Assembly (NCBI RefSeq): GCF_048593235.1
Contig: NC_133619.1
Coordinates: 298,792,454-298,825,453, forward strand
DNA length: 33,000 bases
Reading direction: 5' to 3'
From: Sminthopsis crassicaudata
Lineage: Eukaryota
This document shows, in pieces, positions 21,595-32,599 of this stretch; position 1 is the first letter of the stretch; each line of letters begins with the position of its first letter. The notes under the pieces were generated by a model. The model made no database searches and was not told the origin of the DNA. It saw only the letters and a list, made by a program, of their open reading frames with translations. The position numbers were made by a program, and so were the translations under genes.

Positions 21595-22150
21595 TTTTAT
21601 AGGCATTTGCTAGGTACCTACTCTGTGCAAAACATGGATGGAAAATAGACCATCTGCAGAGGAGGAGGAAGATGAAATAAGACTGGAAAGGTAAGTTTTA
21701 ATCCAATGTTAGAGGGCCAGAAATGCCAAACTAAGGCATTTGTATTGTGTCCTAGAACCAGAAAAGAGTGACTGAAAGTTTTCGGCAAGTGATTTCACAA
21801 CTAGAATTCAGCTTTAAGAAGATTCTTTTGGCAGTTTCATAGAGTCCAATTGGAGAGGAGACAGACTGGAGAAATGGAGACCAATTAGGGAACTTTACAA
21901 TAGCTTAGCAAAGAGTTTCAGACCTGAAGTAAGACCATTAATTATGGTTGAGAAAAAAGGGTTGAATATAAAACCTGTCATGAAGGCAGAACCAACAAAA
22001 CTTAGTAGCTCTTTGGATGAGGAAGGTAAGAAAGAGTATACACATTTAACTTACTAAAGGATAGTGATATGTTCAGAAAAAAAAAAACAGGAGAATTTGG
22101 AAGAAGGGAAAGCTTAAGTTGAAAACAATTAGTTTCATTTCAGACATATT
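21595..22150 (-). mobile_element. L2 fragment (3' part)
   Basis: gcatttgctaggtacctactctgtgc; purine-rich ggagagg...agactggag...ggagaccaattagg typical of antisense L2. Confidence 0.8.
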
Positions 22151-22154
22151 ATTT

Positions 22155-22380
22155 GGGAAGATTTATATTAATTTTTAACTCAACTTAAACACTAAATAAA
22201 ATTAACAATTTCACTACAAAGTAAAACAGAAAAAGAGGATTGTACTGTGAATCTTCATTATGTAAACATTTCCTTTTCTTTAAAATATATAATATATTCA
22301 ATATATAACAAGTTATATTACTTGTCTGTGGTTTTCTGGCCTTCCTTATGGTCTCTTCATACCTTTTCAGAATACATGGA
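22155..22380 (-). mobile_element. L1 3'UTR fragment nested in L2
   Basis: aaaaagaggattgtac...aatct...ttttaaaatatataa is similar to 29230-29310. Confidence 0.6.
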
Positions 22381-22689
22381 AATGATCCTCCTTTTTTTTC
22401 CAAGGAAGGAAAAACAAAATAAGTGAAAGAAAGGGAAAGAAAGAGGACAGAAAAGAAAAGGAGAATCCATGTGGCAACTAAGGATGGTGATGCAAAAGAA
22501 ATCCCCACACTGGCCATGTTTTGTCTTATTTTGCACCTTGAACCTACCACCTCTCTATTTAAAAGCAAGCTTCATCTTTGAGATTTTTAATCACCCATGT
22601 CAGTGCATTTCAAAATATCTAACAGAATAGAACAGAATACAACAAATCAATAGCATTTAATCTTTTTTTATAAAGAATTTTGAGATTGA

Positions 22690-23400
22690 AAGAGGATGAT
22701 AGAAATTGCAGATAGAAATGTTTATGAGACAGTTAGCAAATCAGGTCTAAAGTTTGGGACAGTGATCAGGGCATAAGTACAGTGTTTAATATCTGCAAAG
22801 AGATGGTCATTGGACCCATGAAAACAGATGAAGTCATCAGGGGAAGGAATGTAAAGAGTATTGGAGATACAAGGACAGAACAAAGATTTGGTAGCCACTA
22901 ATTGCTCATGGGGCAGAAATTGGATGATAAATCATTAAAGAAGATGAGAAATAAGAATTGTAATCAGAGTTTGAATCTATGAAATAATAAGTGTTCAGGA
23001 AGGGGGGAAAGGCTTAGAGCATTAAAAAAGATAAAAAGAGTTGAATAAGAGTGAAAACTAAGGAAGGGGCATCAGATTCAACAGGGAGGAGATCATTGAC
23101 AGCTTTTAATAGAATATTTTCAATAAAGTAGTGGGGTTAGAAGCCAGATGTGAGAAGTGAAAGTGTAGATGAAGAAATGAAAGCAGAAGATGTCTAAGAA
23201 CTAGGAAAAAAGGAAAAAGAGCAAGAGCTTGAGGGAATGGCAAAGTCTAGGTTTTTCTATGACAGAAGATTTGGGTAGATATGGCACCCAGATTCTTCTG
23301 GATGTTCCTCCCTTGCTTTGTAGAGTGAAAGGTCTCTTGATGTCTAGAGGACAGGAGTGACAAGGAGAAGCAACAAGATTAGCCATCAAGAAAGCAATTA
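22690..23400 (-). mobile_element. L2 fragment (continuation)
   Basis: Purine-rich antisense-L2 text (gacccatgaaaacagatgaagtc; gaagccagatgtgag; gagcttgagggaatggc). Confidence 0.7.
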
Positions 23401-24336
23401 ATATTTACTGGATATTGAAATAATACTTTCCATTCCTGTGGGGAAGCAACTCCATTATGTAAAAATTAGGTGATTAGGACTCAGTGAATTATCTAACAAG
23501 ATCAGGGGATGGTGGCTACCTCAGGAAGGAAATGTATTCTGCCAGTTATTGGCATCTTGGTGGGGGAGAAAACCTATTATCTCTACACTTTGCCAGTTTA
23601 GTAGTACCATAAGTTTCCAGATCTCCACTGATCTAACCTTCAAAGATCTAAAGTCACCTGAATATCACAGTAAGACATTAAGAATCAACAGCTTTCCTAA
23701 AACAAAAACAAAAACAAAAAAGCTCAATAGCCTAAAAGATAATGAAATATAATATAACCCCAAAAGGCTGAACTGGCTAACATCTGAGGGCTTTCATATC
23801 AAAATCACTGTCAGAAAAGAGAGAGTTTAAAGCACTTATAAAAAATGATTTTTTATAAAAGAAAAAATATTTAATGCTATTGATTTATTGCATTCTGTTC
23901 TATTATGTTGATTATTTTGAAATGCAGTGACATTGATGATTTTAAAAAGTATAGTTATCTGTGGGGTCTTTGCATGTAAATTTTGAAAATAGCATTCTGA
24001 GAACAAATCTGAGAATAACTTAATTGATATATTATCACTGTAGAAGAAACCAAAGGAAAGGAAAAAAATAAAAGGATGGAGTTTCTCACTTCATATTCTT
24101 TCACTGAAGCTCTTCATTCTTGCATAATGAAAAGGAAAGTCAAAAATTAAGTCAAGATAACTCACTTTGAGCTTTGGTAATATATCAACAAAAGAAACAA
24201 CAAAAAAGAATTCTATTGCTCCAAGGATATATATCTAAGGCATAAAAACTTCCCAATACTTGTCAAAATAGGTAATCATTACCTACTTCTATATGGGACT
24301 TATATGGACACAAATGAAAATGGCAGAATAAAATTA

Positions 24337-24579
24337 NNNNNNNNNNNNNNNNNNNNNNNNNNNNNNNNNNNNNNNNNNNNNNNNNNNNNNNNNNNNNNNN
24401 NNNNNNNNNNNNNNNNNNNNNNNNNNNNNNNNNNNNNNNNNNNNNNNNNNNNNNNNNNNNNNNNNNNNNNNNNNNNNNNNNNNNNNNNNNNNNNNNNNNN
24501 NNNNNNNNNNNNNNNNNNNNNNNNNNNNNNNNNNNNNNNNNNNNNNNNNNNNNNNNNNNNNNNNNNNNNNNNNNNNNNN
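24337..24579. other. Assembly gap (243 N)
   Basis: Run of N. Confidence 0.99.
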
Positions 24580-24830
24580 ACAGCTAAATGGCACAGTGGG
24601 CTAGAAGCAAAAATACATGAATTCAAATGTGACTCCAGAAACTTACTAGCTCTATCACCCTGGGAAAATCACATAATTTTTGTAAGCCTTAGTTTCTTCA
24701 ACTATAAAATGAGGATAGCAGCATCTACCTCTTAGGGTTATTGTAAGTGAAAAATAAGATAATATTTATAGTGTTTAACACAGTGTCTAGTACAAAGTAA
24801 GTTCTATGTAATACTAGTTATTTTGTTATT
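24580..24830 (+). mobile_element. MIR
   Basis: cagctaaatggcacagtgg...gaattcaaatgtgactcc...cttactagct...agtttcttcaactataaaatgagg. Confidence 0.88.
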
Positions 24831-25039
24831 GCTTTTTACATATAACCTACAATTATGAAATTGATATAGTCACAGAAGTACTAAAACTCAGATGCCACAG
24901 GACTCATACTGTCTGTCTGTCCATCCATTTAAATAATTCTGCCCTAGGATAGCATATAACAAATTAATGTTGTAAATTGAGATTAAGGGAATGGTAGAAA
25001 AGCCAGCAGGAATAACCTTACAAAAATACCATATAAATG

Positions 25040-25290
25040 CTTGCAAGAAACAAATTCAGGGCAAAATTTCCCCTTGTTGATTCCAACACATTTTCAAAGA
25101 TGAAATTCTCCATGCCAAGTCAAGAAATCGTCAACCACTCTGCTTTAGGCAGAGAGAAATCTCCAGCAGATGTCTGGATAATTGGATCCCAATTATTACC
25201 GTATCATACCTCTGTGCCAGACTTATGATTGGTTTTACAATTCCTAGTTTATTTCCTCTTCTGTCTAGGTGGTGTGTAATATACTGCAAT
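25040..25290 (-). mobile_element. L3/CR1 ORF2 apurinic-endonuclease fragment
   Basis: Minus-strand translation with frameshifts: VYYTPPRQ...IISLAQRYDTVIIG.NYPDICW...SRVVDDFLT..NFIFENVLESTRGNFALNLFL; CR1 hallmark GDFNYPDICW. Confidence 0.88.
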
Positions 25291-25469
25291 AATTATATTA
25301 TTTGTTTTTCTCTTCTATTAATATTCATGCAAATATTTCCTTTCTAACCCCTTGTTCTTGGATTATTTCACATGAGTATAACTTCTAAACATATAATATT
25401 CTTCATCCCTCATCTCTTTTTATTTCCAGTTTTATTGTGAATGAGTTATATCCTTCCAGAGTCATATTC

Positions 25470-25680
25470 AAGTCAATCAATCAATAAATCATACAAACAG
25501 CATTTATGAAGTACCTACTATATGGCAAGTAATACCTGTCCTCAGGTAACTTATCTTTTAAAGGGAGAAACAATGAGTATTTGCAGAAGTATATTCGGAA
25601 CACTTACAAAGCAAACACAAGGCAATTTGGGAAGGAACGGCACTAGCAGCTTTACCTAGAAGGTGACCTTGGCCTGGATC
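25470..25680 (-). mobile_element. L2 3' tail
   Basis: caatcaatcaataa...catttatgaagtacctactatatggcaag...ctgtcctcagg. Confidence 0.7.
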
Positions 25681-26084
25681 TCTTGGTTTTGTCTCCCCAG
25701 TTCTCAGTGCTGGGAGGTCAAATTCCCCTTATTACATAGAATTTCTAATTCATCCTGCTTTTGATCCATATGCTATACAATTGCACACAAACAAACAGAG
25801 CCATGGATTTTATTACTTTTTTCTCTCCTATAAGTTTTTGGGTTACCATTTATAAGCATGTGGAGCTCACATATGGGTGTCACAGCTATAAGGGCAGCAT
25901 TTCTCAGGTCTTACCATATAATTATACTGAAATCACAATAAACAATCAGTTAACGACATGTTGGGTAACTTTAAAGGACACAGAAAGAATAACTAGCAAC
26001 AGGCGGAATCCACCTGCTGATTTATATAAATAGAACCCTTAATTGAGGCAGTAAACAACAAAATGTGGCATTCAAAGCCCTTCA

Positions 26085-26570
26085 TAGCCTAACTCCCTCC
26101 TACTTTTCTAGTCTTCTTATATCTTACTTCCCAACAAGTGCTCTCCAATGACACTAGCCTCCTGGCTATTCTATGAACAAGACTCTCCTTCTGCACTCCA
26201 TACTCTTTCTCTGAAACACTTTCTCTCTTTCTCTCTGACTACTGACTTCTCTAGCTTCCTTGAAGTCCCAACTGAAAATGCATCTTTCACTTCCCCAATT
26301 CCTCTTAATTCTAGAGTTTTCATTCTCTTATGTAGTTCTTATTTGATCTTTGTGTGCTCAATACAACCTCTGAAACTGAGATGCAACAGAGAATGCATCA
26401 ATTATGTGTCACTTGCACAAATTTCAGCCTGACAATTAATTCTAAGAAAACAGAAGTTCTCTACCACCCAGATATCAAAGGCTAACTTTTGCCTCTTTTT
26501 TGTATCCACAGAATTTAACAGTGTCTAACACATAGTAGATGCTTAATAAATCTTGATTGATCGATTGATC
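26085..26570 (+). mobile_element. L2 3' region
   Basis: tagcctcctggctattc...; ends acacatagtagatgcttaataaatcttgattgatcgattg. Confidence 0.75.
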
Positions 26571-26954
26571 TTATTTATGTATTGAAGCTGAATGGTCTGG
26601 TCTCTCTTTCCATAACAGCTCAGTGTTTACAGCAGAGGCACAAAAAGTACAAACTCACCAGAATCTTAGCTAGGAGAGGGACTTTGGAATAGAAAAAGAA
26701 AAAACATGGCTTTATGTTGTGTGAGGATTGTAAAAATTGAGGGAGCATTTCATCAATGCAAGGAATGCATATTACATACTAAGACTACTGCTAGGTGATT
26801 ATAATTATATATTTCCTGAGTAGGTAATTATACTCAATGTAAAAACACAACTTTATCAGTTTGCTAATGCTGATGGGTTTGGAACTTTGGATTTGGATTT
26901 TGTTTCATTTTGTTTTGAAACTGGGTTTCCCTTTCTTTACCACGATGGAAGTGC

Positions 26955-27095
26955 AGTGGCTACTCTGGACTAATCTCAATATTGATCAGCTCAGAAGTTT
27001 TGACCTGGATTGTGTCATTATGAGCAAGCCATTTATCCTTTCAAGGCCCCAGTCAGATCTCTATAATTATAAATCATCCCCATGCTTGTTAAATC
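26955..27095 (+). mobile_element. MIR3-like SINE, diverged
   Basis: gacctggattgtgtcattatgagcaagccatttatcctttcaaggccccag...ctataattat. Confidence 0.55.
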
Positions 27096-27269
27096 ACAGG
27101 ACTGAGTCATACAAAAACAAAAAAGTGAGGACATAATTGTAATACATCATAGCACCCAAGAAAAACTAAGAGTATACTCACTGGCGCTGTCCACATCTGA
27201 GATGTTAACCAGCCCTAAAAGCTGCACCAGTTATGATGGCTCCAAGGCCAGTAGATTTTCCGACATGAC

Positions 27270-27440
27270 AGATTTTTTTTAAACATTACCACAAATCTGT
27301 TTTACATGATTGCACATGTATAAACTGTATTAAATTGCTTACTTTTTCAGGGAGGAGAAAGAAAGAGTGAATTTGGAACTTTTTTAAATATTAAAAATTG
27401 TCTTTATGTGTAACTTGGAAAATGCAATATTTAAAAATAT
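27270..27440 (+). mobile_element. L1 extreme 3' end fragment
   Basis: tgcacatgtataaactgtattaaattgcttac...ggaggagaaagaaagag...aatttggaac...aaaattgtctttatgtgtaacttggaaaa. Confidence 0.7.
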
Positions 27441-28035
27441 GGATTTACTTTATGCAGACTTTATGCAGTCTGGGAATACAAACAACTTTTGAAGCTCAAA
27501 AGAAAGAGAGATAAACAACAAGGTGGAAGGAGAAAGAGAAAAGTGAAAATCAGATGCAAATAGATGAAAAGAAGAAAAAAGAAAAAAGAAAACTGTGGTT
27601 TTCTTAAGCATTAATTTACTAGCAATTGTTTACTAGCCAAATTATAATTGGCCATGTTTGTTTTGTTTCACAAAATTATTCCATGATGGTTTCCTTAGCA
27701 TATTAAATTGCTAAGCTTGATTTCCTTTCCCTTGCCTTCATCCCTTACCCCAGCCCTTACTCCTAGACCATCCCAGGACCTAATCAGGACAGTCAAGTAG
27801 AATGAAGATGTTAACTACAATTCATAGTACTTTTCTTCCTCCAATTGGGACCACCCAGAATCTATCTAGGCTATTCAATTACATTAATTTAGAGAGAGCG
27901 TTCACAAATTATTCCTTTCAATGACATGGAGGACCACTAGGCCTTAATACATGCCCTACCTCTATGCCATGAAGACCCTTTGTATTATCTTCTGATTTAT
28001 TAAGAGGACATCAGGAATAATGGATCTTGCCAGCT

Positions 28036-28057
28036 TCCCTGTCCTTAAGGACAGGGA
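28036..28057. repeat. Perfect 22-bp palindrome tccctgtccttaaggacaggga
   Basis: 11-bp arms, no spacer, centred on TTAA. Confidence 0.95.
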
Positions 28058-29159
28058 TTTTTCCCTGGATTTTTCCTGCCTTGCAGTCAAACTTTGTTTA
28101 CTATATTGTCTCCCCTCAGTTAAAATGTAATCTCCTAGAGAGTTTTATGTTTTCTCCCACAATGAGGGTAAACCCCCAAATCATTGGCAAAGATTTTTCA
28201 TAGTAACCATCTCTCAAACAAGCCTTCCAAACTTTATCTCTCAGATAAGTTTCTTAATACTCAGAGCAATGGCATCTCATTCTAAAAGCTCTAATGATTA
28301 AATCCATGATCCAATGATTGTCCAAAATATTCCATCACCTCATTACATCACACTATATTTCCTGAAATAGATTTAAGCATTATCTTTTTTTCTAACTACT
28401 ATGTGAGTTAGACCAATGCCTAATATAATAGCTTAATTTCACAATCTAACCTACAGATCATTCATCAAATCAATGTCAAGCTAAGAGCAAACTCCCAGTT
28501 CCTCTCATTCTCAGCCCAATGTTTTTATTCCAATTGGGGTTATGCCATATGTGCTAAATATATTTCTATGCTTAGTATGCTTCCTGGGCTCAGATATAAT
28601 CCACACTGAACCCATTTCAGATAGTTGCTAGATTTTCTTTCTATTTTTCCTGAAGAGAAAATTAGTCATTGATATTCTCTATGGCAACCCTGGTCTTCTC
28701 AGATCCTACAGAAACAGCGGGACAAAAGATGGAATGAATGGATAATCCTGAAAATGAGTCTATGAAGGATCATCATTTTATAGTTAAAATACTTGTGACA
28801 TGGTTAAAGCTTTTACAAAGATGAATATTTACTGCAGTAGAGAATGTCAAATATACAAACATTCCAATTCATTCCAATTCATGAGATGTAATCCCACTCC
28901 ATTCTGTACCACCTTAGTCTTTGCAGAAAAGAAAGCCATTAGGTTCACAGTTTATTTCAATTCCCTTAAAGCACAGTCCCATACACAAATCCAATCTCTC
29001 CAGTCTCACCCCCACCTTAGAGCTTGAGTGTCCTGACTTCTCAGTATTTCCATGCTGAGATGACAAGCCATACATCCTCTCCTGGAATCCTGGGTGCAGC
29101 CACTAAGAGCACAGCCAAAAAGATGGTGAAAACAGAGAAATTGCTTCAGGCTTACTAAT

Positions 29160-29815
29160 TAGATTTTTTTTTAATTTATGGGGAAAAATTTCCTGACTTA
29201 ATATGATAATAGTATAACACAGTATAATAATAAAAAGATGATTGCTCATGAAATAGTAAATCTATTATTTACAACTTGCTATTCCTTTTAAACATATAAT
29301 AAATTTATCATACTTTTTTCCCTTTTTTTCTTCCTTTCCCCTAGCCCTAGTCTAAAGATGATTACCATTAGACACAGATAGATTTTATATTCATATTTAT
29401 ATGCACACAAATGACTGTATATGTATGTATGCATATGTGTACATGTATGTGTGTGTAAAATCATTCTATATTTATTTCTATTTATCTGTTCTTTCTCTGA
29501 CAGAGATAGTCTTTCTTCAGATGCACTTTATTTTTAATTTGTGAATTTATAATAGTCAAAATGACTTGGTCACTCAAAGTCATTCTTAAAACAATATTGA
29601 TGTAATTGTATACAATGTCCTCTTGATTCTGTCCATTTCTCTCTTCACCATTTCATGTAAGTCTTTTCATGCCCCTCTAAGATTATTGAGAGCATCATTT
29701 TTTATAGCACAGTCGTATTCCAACACAACTTATTCAGCCATTCCCCAAATGATGGGGATTCCTGTAATTTTCAGTTCTTTGCTACACAAAGAGAGTTGCT
29801 ATAAATATCTCATTC
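29160..29815 (-). mobile_element. Old marsupial L1 3' end (ORF2 tail plus 3'UTR)
   Basis: aaaaagatgattgctcatgaa...acaacttgctattcc; ttattcagccattccccaaatgatggg; ttctttgctac...gttgctataaatat. Confidence 0.88.
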
Positions 29816-31124
29816 ACACTAAATGTTATAATTACTATTTGTGAATTTCCCTCCATCTTATTTTTACTATTCTCTTTCTCAGACTTTCTTTTTACCCTAT
29901 CCTTGTTAAGTTATCTTCTCCCTCACCACTGTCCCACTCCCCACCCCATCCACCCATCCAAAAGTCCTTCCCGAGTCCTCTTTTCCCACCCTCCCAAATC
30001 TCAGTCTACACTCCTGTCTAAAAGTCTTTCCCCCTACCCTGTCTCACTAGTTCTAAAGATGCAGGCACCACATTAGGCAAACTGATCATGCTCAATGCCA
30101 AGTTACACACTAATGAAAAGTAATTGTCCATTTATTAACTGGTGAGTTTTTCTTTATATCCTCTTCCTGAATAACAAATAGCATTTTGAAAGTTTACCCA
30201 TGCCCCTCCCCAAAAAAATCATTCTTTCTCAGTCTATAGAATTGTCTATTAACATTCAATTTGGGCAGAGTCAAGACGGTGCATTAAGAAGATGTAATAT
30301 AGCTTAGTTTGCCTCTCTCCCTTATCTCTTCCACAAATATCTACAACAAATTCTTATAGGCAAAGTCAAAATAAAGTCATAGAGTGTTATTTTTCCAACA
30401 CAGCAGGGATTAGAGAGATAGATGGAAAGGTCTTCAGATACAGGAAATTGGTTCTGGCCAGGAGCCTGCAGTGTGGAGTTTTCCAGTACCTAGGGACTGA
30501 AAAAGGGCTCAGACAGGGCACAAAGGCATGAAGTACAAGGGCATAAAGAGTTCCTTGAGAATCTCTGTACAAACACAGGCTGAAGGAACTGGGAGCTTTG
30601 CTGCCCTACTACCCAGTTCCAGATCATAGATCCAGAGCAATCTCCATCATAGTCCCTGGTTGTGGACTGATTAAGCAACAGTTTCCACAAGTAAATCATA
30701 ATTGTGTAGGTCTGATGCCAGTAGAGCAGTGATTCATCCCTAGCTTTCAACCCAGCAAGTAAGTCTGCAATAGAATAACCAGATCAAGTGTTTTATACAA
30801 AAGGGGAGACTTCAGTCAGTCTACAGAGCCTACCAATGAGTTGAGTGGCTAAATCCAGCAGCAGTCTATTGAAACGCCCAAATATTGGACAAAACATCAG
30901 ATCCATATTGGGTTGAGAACTTGCAGAACTCACCAAGGAAACAGTAATAAAACTTTGTCCAAAGTTATATTACCTTGAAAGCACTGAAAGTTTGCAGGTC
31001 CCCAGAATGAGCTGTGGAAGCAGCAGAAAAATAAAAAAAAGCTTGAGTCAGAATAACACACTCTTACAAATTGTATAGAGTCTAGCACTAACATAAAGAC
31101 CAAAGTCAAGACTGTGCTGGAAAC

Positions 31125-32060
31125 ATGAACAAACAATCAAAAAAAAAAAAAAAACAGAATCCCACCCTAAAAAGTTATTATTGTGACAAGGAAGCACAAA
31201 ACACATGCCCAGATAGAAGGAATAACTGAAATGTGTCCACAAGAAAAACCTTCAAGGAAAAATTCTGCTCAAACATTAAGTTCAACAAGAATGCCTAGAA
31301 GAGTTAATTAAAGCAAGGACTTTTAAAAAGGGCTAAGAATTACTTTTAAAAACCAAATGAAAGTGGTAAAGGAAAAAATAGGAAAAGAAGTGAGATCTAG
31401 GGAAGAAAGATATGAAAAGAGAATTAACAGCTTAGATAAGCAAAAAAAAAAACTTTATGAAAGGAAATAACTTCTTGAAAAATAGAATTGGTCAAATAAA
31501 AAACAAATGACTTCACAATATATCAAGAAATTAAAAAGTTTTAAAGACAGAAAAATAGAAGAAAATGTAAGCTATTGCATAGGAAAAACAACAGACCTGC
31601 AAAGCAGATCACTAAGTCAAGAACAAAAAAGGCTAAACAGTAAGAAATCATAAAATAAAACTACTTTCTGCAAAGTAGAAATAAAAAGAAATACCATTTG
31701 CCTCCTGAGAGAAGGCCCAATATGAAAACTTCCAGGAATATTACAGCCCAAATCCAAAGTTCCTAGATCAAGAAGAAAAATGCAAAGTTAGAAAGAATTC
31801 AAATAGTGAGAAGTCACAGTGAAACTCACACAAAAATTAGAAAGCCACTACTATAAAAAGGAAAGCTTAAAGTATGATATTCCAGAAAGCAAAAGATTTA
31901 GAGCTACAACAAAGAATAACTTGCTGAGAGAAATTGAGTATAATCCTACAAGGGAAAAAGTGAATCTTTAACAAAATAGAGGACTTCCAAATGTTCCATA
32001 TGGAAAGACACTGGAATCAAGAGAAACAGAAAAGGGTAAACAGGAGTGAGAAATCATAAG
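31125..32060 (+). pseudogene. L1 ORF1 remnant
   Basis: ATG at 31125 (MNKQ...); C-terminal part aligns by eye to FQKAK.LGLQPRITYPAKLSII.QGK.W.FN.IEDFQ; many stops and frameshifts. Confidence 0.8.
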
Positions 32061-32599
32061 GGACTAAACAAAATTAAGCTGTTTACTTTCCTAAATACAT
32101 GGAGATAATACATGGAGTGTCTCAGAATTCTATCATCATAAGAAATTATAGAATGAGAATAAAGGCTCTAGAAATTTTGTTTTGTTTTGTTTATTTGTTT
32201 ATTCCAAAGAAAAATGGAAAAGATGGGAAAGTAAGGAATGAAGAAGAATGAGGAAAATTAACTCACATAAATAGAGTATGCAAGTAGAAGTCTATACATT
32301 AAATGAGGGATAATGCTGGGAGTGAGGGGAGGATAAGTAACTAATGCAACTAAAAAACTTAAACCTCAATTTCATCACAATAGGTCAATTAGAGAAGAAT
32401 ACACATATATACAGAGTTGGGTACAGAAATACCCAACAGGAAAATATGAGGGAAAGGGATTAAGAAAAATGGGAAAAGAAAAAGAAACAGGGTGAATTAG
32501 GAAGGAATTAGTCAGAAATAAAAACAAATATTTAAAGAGGGGGGCAAGGAAAAACAGAAAGAAAAAATATAAAAGAATAGGGTACAACGAAATGCATAT

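Noticed and set aside
22185-22568. 127-aa ORF with a signal-peptide-like hydrophobic stretch and upstream TTTAAATA
   Set aside because: The hydrophobic stretch is the reverse complement of a GA-rich low-complexity tract, and the C-terminus lies in an L1 3'UTR.
23934-24000. Box C/D snoRNA-like spacing (ttgatga...ctga, ~67 nt)
   Set aside because: Box C lacks the leading purine, there is no terminal stem, and no rRNA-complementary guide was recognised.
24269-24285. 17-bp palindrome taggtaat-c-attaccta
   Set aside because: 8-bp arms are expected about once by chance in AT-rich 33 kb.
24300-24735. ORFs spanning X runs
   Set aside because: Artefacts of the N gap.
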